In this document: in pieces, positions 49,931-63,310 of the stretch
Layout: every line of letters begins with the position of its first letter
How positions within the stretch are numbered: position 1 is the first letter of the stretch
Source of the DNA: Antechinus flavipes
Lineage: Eukaryota
Reading direction: 5' to 3'
Assembly (NCBI RefSeq): GCF_016432865.1
Contig: NC_067401.1
Span: forward strand, 52,266,001-52,330,000
DNA: 64,000 bases
The notes under the pieces: model-generated
Database searches by the model: none
Told to the model about the DNA's origin: nothing
What the model saw: only the letters and a program-made list of their open reading frames with translations
Program-made: the position numbers and the translations under genes

Positions 49931-52900
49931 CAGATCCAACTTAATGCATCTTTTCTCTCCTGCCTCAATCTCTGAAGCCACACTCTGCCCTGTCTTGTGC
50001 CCTTAAACATTTTCTAACTTGTATAATAGTTCAGTCATTTTCTTATTGTGGCCCCATTTGGGATTTTCTTGGCAAAGCTCATTTAACAGACAAGGAAATT
50101 GAGGAAATACTATTAAGGAACTTGCCCAGGTTCACAAGTTAGTAAATTGAACTCAGGAAGTTGTCTAACTCATTGCCCAGAATTCTTCCCACTGTGCTAC
50201 TTAGCTGCCCAAAGGTAAATGAGGTATTATTGATAAAACTCACAGATAGTTTAGGACTGCATTTGTTCTCATTTGTATTATAGGATGAATTTAAAAGGTT
50301 CCTTCTTTTTCCAATCCTGTTTCTGAGACCAGAACCAATAACTTCCAAACAATGATAGAAACAAAGTGGAAATCTAAGCAAATGTTTCATCTCTGATCAG
50401 CTCCATCTCCAGTACTTTGGGGGAGGGAATATAGGAAAATCCCTTTTGCATTTTAATAATTAGTTGTCAAATGCCAAACTTTGAGTATTCAAAAACATTA
50501 GGGGAAGGTCCACAATTGGAAGACATATATAATTAACAGACAATATTAAGATTCAGTTCAGAGTACCAATTCCAGATTCAAAACAGACTCAGAAATCATG
50601 ATCTTAGTTTTATCAGAACTTGTTATTAGAATTCTGGTTATACATTAACTGGAAATAAAATGTATTTGAGTCATGAAGTACTCTGGACAAAGTTTCACAT
50701 CTTAACATTGGCTGGATAATAGCTGGGGGATTATCCAACCACGGGAGTATGTAGACATTTTCTAAAATGTTTTTGGAAGTGGACATCTTAAGACACCTAC
50801 TCATGAGGCAATATATGGTTCTGGAGATGAAGAATGATAATGGTTGTATAGAGAATAATCTACTGTTTCTAATCAATTGTTTTTAAACACATTTTTATTC
50901 AGACAAGTGATTTCATTGTTATAGGGAGCTCCCATTGTCAAAGCCACTCTCTCTCAAAGCAGATCATCAAAATTTTTATAACTTATATTTTTGGAGAGAG
51001 GATAAGTGACTTGTCATGATTAATATGGGATTGTAGCTCTTGTCTGATTACAAGGTGGGCCTACTCTCCAAAATATACTTCGACTCTTACTCTTGAAAAA
51101 TTAATCTACAGTAATTCACTGTGCATATGTCCATGTGACTATATTGGGCTATGGGGAACAAATGAAAGACACCACATAGAATAATGTAGATAAACCACTT
51201 TGCAAAACTTAAAGCCCAATAAGAATATCAGCTATTATTATGATTAAGTCAAGAAGCATTTATTGTACTTATTATGTATCAGGTGCTATGTTATTATTGT
51301 TACCTACCTACTAGTAGCTTACAATTTAGTTTCAAAAAAAAAGGAGCAGGGAATTGTAGTGTTTTGAAAGGACAGCAGAAAAAAATAGAAGAAAAAACCT
51401 AGAACTGGTTAACTAAGAAATCCTGAAGGCAGCATATGTGGAAGGAAAAAATAAGAACTAAACAAAGTAATGGTTGGTATGGTGCCAAAAGACATTCTTG
51501 ATCAACAAATGGTTAAAACAAAGAACTTTGGGGACAGATTTGCAGAATATTTGAGGGCCAACTTCTGTTTCAAATTTTCTAAAGGACAGATATTGTTCAA
51601 ATTCTAGTCCTGCCTCTATAAGATAAGAGTATAAAGTGGGGAAGAGGGAGATATAGGGTCCTACGTGGCCATGCATTTATTGATACTGTCGACATCCACC
51701 ATGACTCATAACCCGCCTCTTCCCCTGGGAAGTTTTGGGCTTTTTTTTTCCTCTCTCAAAGTTGTAATTGCCCAGTTGAACAAATTATTACAGTTTCAGC
51801 AGATGCCAGCATCTCAGTGAAGCTCATTTGCTGACTTAATGAGATCCAGCACCAATTTGTGATCTTACAATCAGCTAAGCTCATCCCTGAAAACCCTGAA
51901 GGTCTAGAGGAGAGAGGTCAATTCAGGAGAGCAAATTAGTAGTACATTAATATGAAAATGTATTCAAATAATTCTTGGGACTGGGGGTTGGGGCAAGAGA
52001 GATATTGTAGTGACTATCAAATCCTTAATGCCACTGGCACAAAAGGGAGGTTTTTTCACTTTTTTAGAGTGCACAGGAATTCTATACCTGCCTTGCAGAC
52101 TGCAATGAATATTCCCCCACTTCCTCCTTCTTTTCTTTTCGGATTTCACAGTTTCCTCAACTCTTCCTAAAAAAAGAAAGCTCACATTTGACAACTGCTA
52201 CAATAAAGTTATTGGCAGCCTGTGAAGCGAGAATATAACCTCACCTTAATTTATTGCACCAGCCAGGCTCATTACACGTGGTGGTGATAATGACAACAAT
52301 GCAACTTACTATCTAATAATCACGTATATTACTCTACTAAGAGTACTGCTGGGAAAACTAAGTGTGTTCAGCAGACACTGTTTATGTGCTAAGAAATGCT
52401 GGATGCAATCTGGGTCTTGTAACATTAGACAATGCAGGGCCATGGAGCTGACTTCACAATCCTGGGATGTGCTATAGAACTGTGAGGTATATGGTCCGGT
52501 GTTTGAAGTGAAGGTGCTGTGAGCTGACAGGTCTTTGTGAACTTTTGTTCCATAATGTAATTGGACTGTGCTGGTGAAATGGATACTTGGGACTATGGAC
52601 TTTAGACGATGAGGGACCTTAGAGATTACTTTGTTGCAATCCCCACATTTTGCAAATAAGGAAACAGATTATGTAGCTTGCTCAATGTCACTTTGGTGGG
52701 AAGTAGCTTGGGATAAGAACTCAAACCCAGGTCCTCTGATTACAAATTTAGTGCTCTTTCCATCGTATGATACTATTACATTTTCCTGTCATCCAATCAT
52801 CCTTCCCTATCTCCTTCAAATAAGAAAAGTTTCTGGATCTAATTCTCTAAGATTATTCATTTGTAAGCCTAGAGATGGAAAAATTTAGGGGTTGTCACGT

Positions 52901-55629
52901 ATTCGTACTATCATAGAATCAGAAGTTTTCTTGTCCAAATCCTTCCTTTTAGAGATGAGGAAATATGCTGTGATCTTTAGTTGGGAGAATCCCTAGGATG
53001 AGCTGGGGTTGATAAAGGGCAGAACCCATGATTCGGGGTTAGAGGTATTTATCTGCAGCATTTGATGGTTATTAAGGCTGTACAACTGCAGTGTAAGGAT
53101 GAAGCCACAGAAGAACAGCATCTCTGGACTGGAAAGGATCTTGGAGGCCAGTTAATTCGATCCATATTTCACCAATACTTCCCTCTAAATTACAGAGGTT
53201 ACAGGAAGGAGCCTTTGTTTGGGAAAGCGGAGCTTTCTCTAGTCAGGGAACAAGAAATGAAAGGACCATTGCACCCAGAATTCCTGTGATTGGAGTTGTG
53301 CCAAAGTTGACACTTGACCTTAATCACTTCCTTTGAAGTTTGGGAATGATTCACGAAATTCTCATAAAAGGGTTATGAGGAGAATGCTATGTAAAAGTAA
53401 GTTCTTATTTATTATTCCTTCAGGATGCCAGCCAGGCTTCCAAGCTACTCCTTTGGCTGTCTTTCAAGGTTGCCAATACTTGGCTGATTGCAGGGGTGAT
53501 GCTCTGAGGAGTTAGGGGCATTCAGCTGGCCACTGACAATGGTGGTGACATTCATACAGAGGTCAGCATCCATCCTGGGTGCCTTCTTGACACTCTGCTT
53601 GGCCTGGAAGCTGCTCATTAAGGCCAGCAGGGATTCTCATTTTTAGGATAATGAGAACTTAATGGGGATTATTTTGCTTTCTATCTACCAGCCAGTGCTT
53701 TCATGGCAAAAACTCTGCAGCCCCAGGCTCTGCTGCCAGAACAAATTGCATTCTGAGGAAAGGAAAGCTGTGACCCAGGAGACTGCCCTGCAAGACTGCA
53801 GCACAACTGCTCAGCTCAGGTCACAGGGCTCCCATAATTCCCTATCCCAACAGTTTGATTGGTAGGAAGGTTTCAGGTTGGCTTCTGGGCTCCTCAGAAG
53901 CTATATATTACCCTGTTCTTCATATATTCTGCAAGTGCCAGAGTGAGATGACCTTCAAGGAGCAGGATATATAAATTCCCAGTATCCAGGGAACATATTT
54001 CTAGGCATCTAGGTCACTGTTGCTCCCTCTTCTCTCACCTGTCCCATTCATTTATTTTTAATTAATTAATGGCAAAAACAAACATTTCCATAACAGCATA
54101 ATCTTTTAAAAGATGATAGCACAAGAAACTGGAAATCTACTATGTGCAATTTGATATTCCTTTTAAATATATAATAAAGTTATGGCATAAATTTCTTTCT
54201 CTCCTCTTTTTCCCTCCCCCTTTCCCTCTATCCTAGTTCACTTCTACAAAGTGAAGGGAGTACAGATAGTTCTTTGGTCCCATAAATATCTGCTAGGTTG
54301 TGTTATACTATCAACAAAAGTAAAACAGTTTACATAATGATTGACAATTTACAAAGCATTCTCATCCCAACTATTCTTCAAGGTACATATTGAAAGTAGT
54401 TTTATCCTAAGTTTTCATATTCATACTCATTGGAATAGGATGTCAATGGCCTTATAATTCAAGTTATTACCACCTAAACATACTGTCCAGTGAGGGAGAA
54501 AACACTATCTTTTGGGATAGCTTGTGTTACTTTGAGACAGCTCTAATTGTTAGGAAGTTTTTTCCTGAGTTAAAAAATCTAAATTTTCCACATGGTAACT
54601 CCCACACAGAATGGTTTCTAGTTTTGTCCTCTAGGATCAAACAGAACAAGAGTTTCATTTAATCAGTCAGTTAAGAGTGCCAAATACTATGCCAGGTGCT
54701 GGGGATATAAGGACAAAATTGAAACAATGTCTGCCCTTAGGGAGTTTACATTCTGCCAGAAGAGATAAAACCTCTCCTCCACATTCTTGAGAGGCCTCTT
54801 TTCCACTCTGTAAGATCAGATCATCCCTTGAAGCTCACAATATCCTCTGCACCTTGGGTTCTTTCCTCCCTCTGATGACATTTAAGAATTGACATCTCAG
54901 GAAGAAGAAGCTCAGGTCAGCCATCACCTCATTTCCCACCTAGCTGCTCTCAATTTGACCTCCATCATGTCCCATATTCTACTTGAACATACTTGTCATG
55001 TCTTTCCTGAGTCTTTTCTTCCTCAGGTTCAATCTTATCATGTTCTTTAATCCAATCCTCATAGAGTATGGACTGAAAGCTCTTCTGCACTCTTATGGCC
55101 CTCCTCTGGATGGTTTTCTGTTTTACAAGCTGATGAAGAAGAAACAGTTGCCCATATCTGCTAAGTGATAGAGTTAAAACCTGAGCATGGGTTTTCTAGC
55201 CTCAATTCATTTTTCATTCTGACATGGAGCCTCTCTAGAGCAATGGCTCTCCACATATGGAGGCTTTCAAGTCACTCATATTTATTTGGTGTTTTCAAGT
55301 TTATAAAGTACTTTTCTTATAACAAATCTGTGGAGTAAGCTTTATATGTTGTATTGTATCCATTTTACAGATAAAGAAACAAAGTTTCAAAAAGTTCAAA
55401 TGACTTGTCTACAGCCATACAAGTAGTAACTGCTGGAACGAGGATTTGAATGGAGGTCACAACTCCAAGTTTATGTACTTTCCATCATGCCATCTTGACT
55501 TTCTATGTAAATATTTAAAATATGCATCTATTCTCCTGCTTCTGACATTGATAATTATATACAAGTTCTTTCATAGATGTCTCAGCAAATGAAGTACCAT
55601 TTTTTGACTCACATTAATTTTCTTAAAAT

Positions 55630-55822
55630 ATGTATGTGTATACACACATATACATATACTATAGCATAGTACACACATATAGCACATGTAATATATAGCA
55701 TACACAGCACACATATCACATAAATAACATATAGCATGTATAGCTTATTAGTACACATGTAGCATTATCATATATAGCACACATGTAGCATATATAGTAC
55801 GTGTATGTGTGTGTGTGTGTGT
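55630..55822. repeat. Degenerate (TA/CA)TAGCA low-complexity repeat ending in (GT)n
   Basis: Recurrent tatagca/tgtagca motifs. Confidence 0.7.
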
Positions 55823-55906
55823 TTCTTTCAAAGGAAGCAAATAAAATAGATGATCCTTAGAGATTTTTCTCAGTAGACCAAAAAAATGTGAGAGCTGCTG
55901 CTAAAC

Positions 55907-56221
55907 CAGGAGTGTCAAACTCAATTAGAAATGGGGGCCACTAAACTATATATGACACATACCTCTCAAGGTGGTTAAGAGGTTAAAATGAGATAATTGT
56001 AAATTATTTCACACAGTGCCTGGCCTTGGCTATTGTTATGTAAGAATCTCTGTGGCCTTTATATCGACTTAGAAAATAACATATCATTATTATCTTTGTT
56101 TTATTATTTTTATTTTTGTTTTGTTCAGTATTTCCCAGTTATATTTTAAACTGGTTTAGGCACCACTCTAGAGTATTATGAGCATATCTAGGAGTATTAT
56201 GAGTAATTTTTAACACCTCTG
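55907..56221 (-). mobile_element. hAT/Charlie-like MITE with an internal MIR fragment
   Basis: Imperfect TIRs CAGGAGTGTCAAAC...TTTAACACCTCTG; degenerate 8-bp flanks TGCTAAAC / CTCTAAAA resembling the NTCTARAN Charlie target. Confidence 0.6.
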
Positions 56222-57167
56222 CTCTAAAAAATCTAATCTTATGCAAAATGGTTAACTGAATCACTTGACTTTTGGCTTGCCTTTTCTTAATACATGTTTG
56301 GATTATCTGAGAAAATTCTGAATCTCAGAAATCAGCTTAGTCCTATTGTGCTGATGCAGTAAGTAGGAAACTTAAATCCATTCTACATCTAAGACCCAAC
56401 TTGATAGCCACTGAACCTTTGGCAGAATCTGTGACTTGACTATTATAGTATGCTTCATGCATAGCACCATGGACATTCTGTAGCCAATGCTCTGGGTGTT
56501 ATTAAGGACACCATAGAGCAAAGGCTAACATAGAAATAGAGGTGAACCATATGTATGTACATACATACATATATAGATACACATTCACATATATATATAT
56601 AGATAGATAGAAAAAAAGGTGGATGGATGGATTGATAGATAAATAGATAATGTATATGTGTATATGCAAAAATATGTATATGTATGTGATACAAACTAGA
56701 CACAATAATTATTAATATTGACCATTAGTCATCTATCTTAAAAAGTCCTCAAAACTTGCTGTAATATGAATTTATCAGAGAAAGAAGTAGCCATCTAGTC
56801 ATTCTGAGAGGAAAGCTCATCTGAACTCTGTGAGATGATATAAGGGAGAGAACTGAGAATAGGGAACTAAAGGAGAAAGTTCTAAGAGTAGAAATAGGAA
56901 AAATCTGTAATAATGACTCTCCTCAAGAAGTCAGAGACCAGAGTTCATTTATATCAAAGTAGTTTTGTAATGATGATCATAAAATGTGAGAGCTAGAAGG
57001 AATCCACTTAGAATGTTAACTAAAACCTTCATTTTACAGATGATTTGATTGATGGAATAGGTGCAGAGCTTAGAGAAGAACCCAGATATTTGGCTTCCCC
57101 AATGCATGAGTTTAAAGAAAAAATATTAAAGAAAATCATCAGAGCAAAATGTATTTTGGGAGAGGAT

Positions 57168-57285
57168 GAGAATGATGGTGGTAATGGTAGTGATGGTGAT
57201 TATAATGGTAGTGGTGGTGGTGGTGACAGAGGTGACTGTGATAATGATGATGGAGGTGATTATGATAGAGATGGTGGTGGTGACA
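57168..57285. repeat. (GAT/GGT)n low-complexity tract
   Basis: Imperfect trinucleotide run adjoining a MIR-like tail. Confidence 0.85.
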
Positions 57286-58099
57286 GCTAGCATTTATAAA
57301 GTTTTCAAAACTCTCTACAGATGTTCTTTCATTTGATCAGAGTAGATAAAAAGTTGCCTTCACTTCATAAGATTCAGTATCTATTGCACCAATTGATGCA
57401 AAGTAAAGTGAATAGAAACAGGAGAACTATTTACAGAACATCATCAACATTATAAAAATGAATAATTTTGAAAGTTTCACTCTGAACAATGCTATGATAC
57501 ATCCTGGTTGCCGAGTACCAATGATGAAGCATGCTATCCCACTCTTGAGAGAAGTATTGGACTGAATTGAGAATAAGACACATTTTTGCACATGGTCAAC
57601 GGGACACTTTTTAATGCTTTACTAAGCATATTTGCTACAAATGTTTTGTTTTTCTTTTTTTTTTCCAGTAGGAAGAGGTAAGAGGGGGAAAAAAGAATAT
57701 CAGATAATTGAAAAAATAAAATTTGATTTAAAAAAAAGATGAATATCCAAAATTTTCCAGTGAACACATGACATGGTAAAGCCATCGTGATGTTTATCCA
57801 CATTAAGGGGCTTAGCTTCTCAGTCATCCTGATGCTATCACATAGACCAAGAGGCCTAGGTTCTCTCTGATTTCTCCCTAAGTCCTGACTTTTCTGGTAA
57901 AAGGCAGCAGGGAGCAGCTACCCCAAGCCACAGGGCCTCAACTCTTCCTACCCACTTCCTGTTCACAGTGTACTTCTTGCTAAACAAGTTATCACTTCAC
58001 ATTTCTTACATCTGATGTACTTGTGTGGCCTATATTTCACTTTGGATTCTTACAGCATAAGCACAGAGGAAATAACCTCCTGCCTCAAGTCTCTCTTCC

Positions 58100-58680
58100 C
58101 ACACCAGTCTATCATCCATTCAATTGCCAAAAATTCTAAAGTGCAATTTTGGTCTTGTCATGTTCCTACTCAATAAACTCATGGCTCCCTATTGCCTTCA
58201 GGATCAAATATAAAATCCTCAGTTTGACATTCAAAGCCCTTCTCAACCTGGCCCCCTGCTATTTTTGCAATCTTGTTATACCCTGTCCCCACCCCCACCA
58301 TGTACCCTTTCATCCAGTTATGCTGACGTACTTGTTGTTTCACAAACCATATTCTCCATCTCCTAAATACAGGCATTTTCTCCGGCTGTCCCTCATAGCT
58401 GAAATGTTCTTTCTCCTCCTCTCTGTCTCCTCTCTTCCTTCAAGTTCTATTGGAAACATTAATTCTAATGCCTTCCCTCTGTTGATCATCTCCAATTTAT
58501 CCTGGATATATTTTGTTGGTACAGAGTCATTTATATGTTGTCTTCCCATTAGACATAGAGAACAGAAACTGCCTTTTGCCTTTTTTTTTTTTTTTTTTTT
58601 TAATCTCAGCACTTAGTATAGTGCCTGACACATAGTAGATACTTAGAAATGTTCATGGACTGACTAACTCTTGCATTTCT
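58100..58680 (+). mobile_element. L2 3' fragment
   Basis: ggctccctattgccttcaggatcaaatataaaatcctc...cagcacttagtatagtgcctgacacatagtag. Confidence 0.85.
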
Positions 58681-60180
58681 AGAAGGGGAGTGCCTACCAG
58701 TAGGGATGGAGCCCTAGCTGCTTCTGAAAGACAAGTCCATAGTAAGTATAGTAAAAGTCCATAAGTAATTCAGACAGTGGACGAGACCTAGACTCAGAAA
58801 GGCCTGAATTCAAATCCAGTTTCAGATATTTACGAGCTGTGTGATCCATTGTCTACCTGCCTCAGTTTCATCATCTTTAAATGGGGATAATAATAGCATT
58901 TATTTTGAAAGGTCATTTAGAGGATCAGAGGAGATAATATCTGTAAAGTCTCTTATAAAATTTAAAGCCTTATACCAGTTAACATTATCCAGAGCTAGAT
59001 TTGGGGACATAGGGTCAGAGATTTAGAGCTGGAAGAGACATCAGAGATAATTGATTCAATTCCACATTTTATAGAAGTGGCAAATAAGCAGGAGGATGAG
59101 GTTCAGTCTTTCTCATTTTAAATTCAGCAAGTTTTCCCCTCCATATACAACATAGTCTGAAGGAAAGTTTAAAACTTGATCACTCTTGGATTTCACCAGA
59201 CACAACATCCTGGACCCTTCATTTCCAGGCAGGGATTTACCCACATAACAGTCTTCAAAATGGGAGCTTGAAGAAGAAGGAAATGTTTTACTAGGGGAAA
59301 ATAGAATAACAATTCCAAAGGCTTTTTGCTTTAAAAGAAATTAAATACAACTTTTAATCTAAACTTGAGGATATATTGGGTTCTGACTTCACCCCAACCA
59401 GTCTACCCAGCCTCCTAATGACGGTCTTCACCCTACCTTGTGCTGACTCTAGTTATTATCTCAGAACATTGTATAAATATTCATTACTTTTCATAGAGTC
59501 CTGAGGGAGGTCAAGTGCTTATCTGGACTTGATGATGACAGGGAATTCCCGGGCTGCCATAATCCTTCGCTGTCATTATTTACCTTACAAGTAGGGAAAC
59601 TGAGGCATAGAAGGAAATAAAATGAAAGGGTTGGGCCATGTGCATCTATGCTGAGTCAGTGGGGAAATCAGTAACCTGGGCCTAAGTATTTTTTTTTTTT
59701 TTTTTTTTGTGAGCTTCAGGAAGTGGGATCTGAGTTTATTCAGCCAGGGTGCTTTCCACTGCCCACACTTTTGCATGTCAGCAGAAAAGGCTCTGACAAA
59801 AGGGCACTTGAATTGTCAACCTTTGACATAGACTCATTTTTCTCTCAAGGGAGAGGTGAAGGGGTGGGGACCTGGGGGATGGATTTGGAAGGGAAACATC
59901 AGTGATCTGGGCCCTGGAAATAAATCCTTATTTGATGTAGACAAGATATCTATGACTAAGAACATACAAGGACAGGATCAAATTAATAATGCAGCCTGTC
60001 ATGATTGGATCCAGGAGGCAATTGTGCCTTTATGACTATAATAAGAACTGTGCAGGATTTACTTTGCCCCTGGCCTTGATAACCATCAGCAACACAGTGG
60101 CCCAGCCTAACCACGATTATTTAATTCAGTCTGTCCTCTCAGGTGTTGAACACAGCTGCTAGTTATTGGAAAGAGGCCAT

Positions 60181-60316
60181 AGAGTGGGGGGGAGGGAGTA
60201 GAGGAGAAGAGAGGGGAAAGGAGGGAGGGTGAAGAAGAGGAGAGGAAATAAGAGGAGGGAGGAGGAAGAAGAAGGAGAGAGGAAGGGAAAAAAAGAAAAC
60301 AGGGAGGAGGGAGGAG
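60181..60316. repeat. Polypurine (GGA/GA-rich) tract
   Basis: About 135 bp almost entirely G/A. Confidence 0.9.
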
Positions 60317-61000
60317 ATTTCACAGGTCTTTAGATTCCTTGTTTCCATTGTCAATCATGCTGAAAAGAACTCTCTTTGTAAGAGGATTATAGACTATTTA
60401 GGTCCAAGTCCTTCATTTTACAGTTGGAGAAACTGAGACCCTGGAGTGGGTAAGTGATTTTGCCTAAAATCAAACATGTAGTAGTATCTGGGAGGGGATT
60501 AGAATCTAAGCATTCAGGTTCCAAAGCCAGTGACCCAACCACTCTACCAAACTATCTTTTGGCTGGGATCAATCCCAGCCTAGTTAAATACTTTCGTATC
60601 ATTTGGGATTTGACCATAATTTTTAAAAAGTGAATTGGAATAAGGCAGTGTAACAAATCACATTTATAATAGGGAATTAGGCGCATAATAATTGACATTT
60701 ATATAATGCTTTAAGTTTTAGAGAATCTTTCCTTCACAACAAGCCTGTAAAGTGGGTTTTGTGTTAATTTCTGGGTTATGTTTGTTTTTATATGAGGAAA
60801 CTGAGGACCACAAATAAAAGTGACTTATATAAGATCCCATAGTAACTAATAAGTAGCAGAGCTACAAATTGAAACAAGATCTCCTACTGTCACCTTCTTT
60901 CAGGGGTTATTGTGATAATCCTTATGAAACATTATCAAAGATAATACTTATGAAACATTCAGTACAATACATGGCACATAGTAGGTGCCCTAAAATCTTT

Positions 61001-61081
61001 CCTTCCTTCCCTCCTTCCATTCCTTCCATTCCTTCCATTCCCCCCTTCCTCCCTTCCTCCCTTCTCCCTTCCTCCCTTCCC
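61001..61081. repeat. (TTCC)n-type pyrimidine tract
   Basis: ccttccttccctccttccattcc... Confidence 0.88.
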
Positions 61082-61309
61082 TTAGATCCATCCAAATTTC
61101 TTTCCATTACATTGTAAGTTCCTTGAAGGCAGGGACTGTCTTTTGCTTCTTTTTGTATCTCCAGGGCTTAGCACAGTGTCCAGCACATAATAGATGCTTA
61201 ATAAATGCTTATTGATTGCTTTCAATGGAGAATGCTACTCCATCCCATACCCTCCCGAAAGCTAGACAAATAACCATGATGCCAAGTCAGTAAACAGTTT
61301 TGGTTTTGC

Positions 61310-61344
<35 letters not shown>

Positions 61345-61345
<1 letters not shown>

Positions 61346-61720
61346 AGAAAATCTTCACTTTAAGAGACAAAATCTTTTACCAAGAACTCCACAGACTCAG
61401 TGATGAATGCAGAAAACATTTATTTTACATTCTTGCAAGAATGGGTGCCTAGGTGAGTAAATGTATCTTTGAAACTCTAAAGGCAGCATTTTATTTTCTA
61501 TCCAGAAGCACAAATTCCCTCCCCTGATTCCCCTTTAATTGGATGTTACATAAATTATATGACAGGAATCTACACCCCTCATTACATTCCAGACCCTCCC
61601 CCGAAGGAAGCTCCTTTCTAGATGGGGGGAAGTTAACAAGGAGGGGCAAAGAAAAGATTCGTTTCAAATCTCTGGGCACCACCCCTGATAACAAAATTTC
61701 GTTCCTACCCCTAAGGAGTT
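61345..61720 (-). mobile_element. Possible LTR-like fragment
   Basis: Minus-strand AATAAA (61419-61424) followed by a U5-like stretch; a few retained CpGs; not matched to a named family. Confidence 0.25.
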
Positions 61721-61966
61721 TACATTCTTTTGGGGGAAGATAATCTCCACCCTTGATTATTCCTTGATGTCCTTGTAGGTTTCAGTTTTCTAATTTGTTT
61801 CATTTCTCCAATTTAATTTTCATAACTGTGGAAACCAAATGCCCAGCCATTTCTCACAATAACCAAACATAAACATGTTCGTGTACGAAGAAAGGAAGAA
61901 TATCGGGGTTATATATGAAGCAATGAATCTATTACATATAACTTTAAAAAATATTTATTTTTTCAT

Positions 61967-62677
61967 CATACCCTTTGATCCAGCAGTGTCTCTAGTGGGT
62001 CTATATCCCAAAGAAATCATAAAAAAGGGGAAAGGACTCAAGTGCAAAAATGTTGGTAGCAGCTCTTTTTGAAGTGGCAAGGAATTAGAAACTGAGTAGA
62101 GGCCCATCAGCTGGGGAATGGATGAATAAGTTATGGCATATGAATGTTATGGAATATTATTGTTCTATAAGAAATGATCAGCAGGAAGTTTTCAGAAAAG
62201 CCTGGAGAGACTTACATGAACTGATGCTAAGTAAAGAGAGTAGAACCAAGAGAACATTGTACACAGCAACAACAAAATTATGCAATGATCAATTCTGATG
62301 GATGTGATTCTTTTCAGCAATGAGGTGAGTCAGGCCAATTCCAATAAGCTTGTGATAGAGAGAGCCATCTGCATCCAGAAAAAGGACTATGGAGACTGAA
62401 TGCGGGTCACGACATAATATTTTCATCATTTTTGTTGTTTGCTTGCTTTTTTTTCTTTCTCATTTTTTTTCCTTTTTGATCTGATTTTTCTGAAACATGT
62501 TTAGAAGAATTGCACATGTTTAACCTATGTTGGATTACTTGCTGTCTAGGGGAAGGGAGGGGGGGAAAGGAGGGAGAAAAATTTTGAATACATGGCTTTG
62601 CAGGGGTAAATGCTGAAAACTATCTTTGTATGTATTTTGTATGTAGCTATTATTAAAAAAAAAAGAAAAAGAAAAAA
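61967..62677 (+). mobile_element. L1 3' end (ORF2 end + 3' UTR + A tail)
   Basis: cataccctttgatccagcagtgtc...gaatggatgaataagttatgg...G-rich 3' UTR, A tail. Confidence 0.9.
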
Positions 62678-63262
62678 TCTTTTAAAAGTAAAGAGACAGT
62701 CAATACTGTCTTGCTTATCTTTGTCTACTGTGAATTTTCTTCTATTCTCTTATGTATATTTTAAAAATGTTTTGTTGATTCTATCTTTTTTCCTTTTTGC
62801 ATCCCTATTACTACCTTCTATACTCTCCCCCATCCCACCAAATGAAAGACCTTCCTTGTAACAAAAGTATAGGCAAAAGAGCATGGTGTTGTAATAGCTG
62901 TGTCTGAGCTGGGATTCAGATCTAAAACTGGCTTGATGCCCAGTCCAGTGCTCTTTCTACTATATCATACTACCTTATATGTACTGATCATGCTCCTTTC
63001 TTGGTCTTCTACAACAAAACAAAAAAAAAAATACTTATAAATACTTTGCTCACACAGCTTTATTCACAAAGCATTTTATTAACTGAGATATAAGTAAAGT
63101 ATTATTAGTATTAACTAATTTTTTAAAATTCTTAACAGTTAATAAATATTTATTTAGCATCTACTATTTGTTAGGCACTGTGCTAATTACTGATGATATT
63201 AAAAAAAGGAAAAAGACAAATGTAGCCCTCAAGAGCTCACATTATAAGGGGGAGACAAGCAA

Positions 63263-63264
<2 letters not shown>

Positions 63265-63308
<44 letters not shown>
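63265..63308. repeat. (CA)n microsatellite
   Basis: Perfect AC run of about 22 units. Confidence 0.97.

Positions 63309-63310
<2 letters not shown>

Noticed and set aside
57045-57290. Gly/Asp-rich 81-aa ORF
   Set aside because: Translation of a (GAT/GGT)n low-complexity tract
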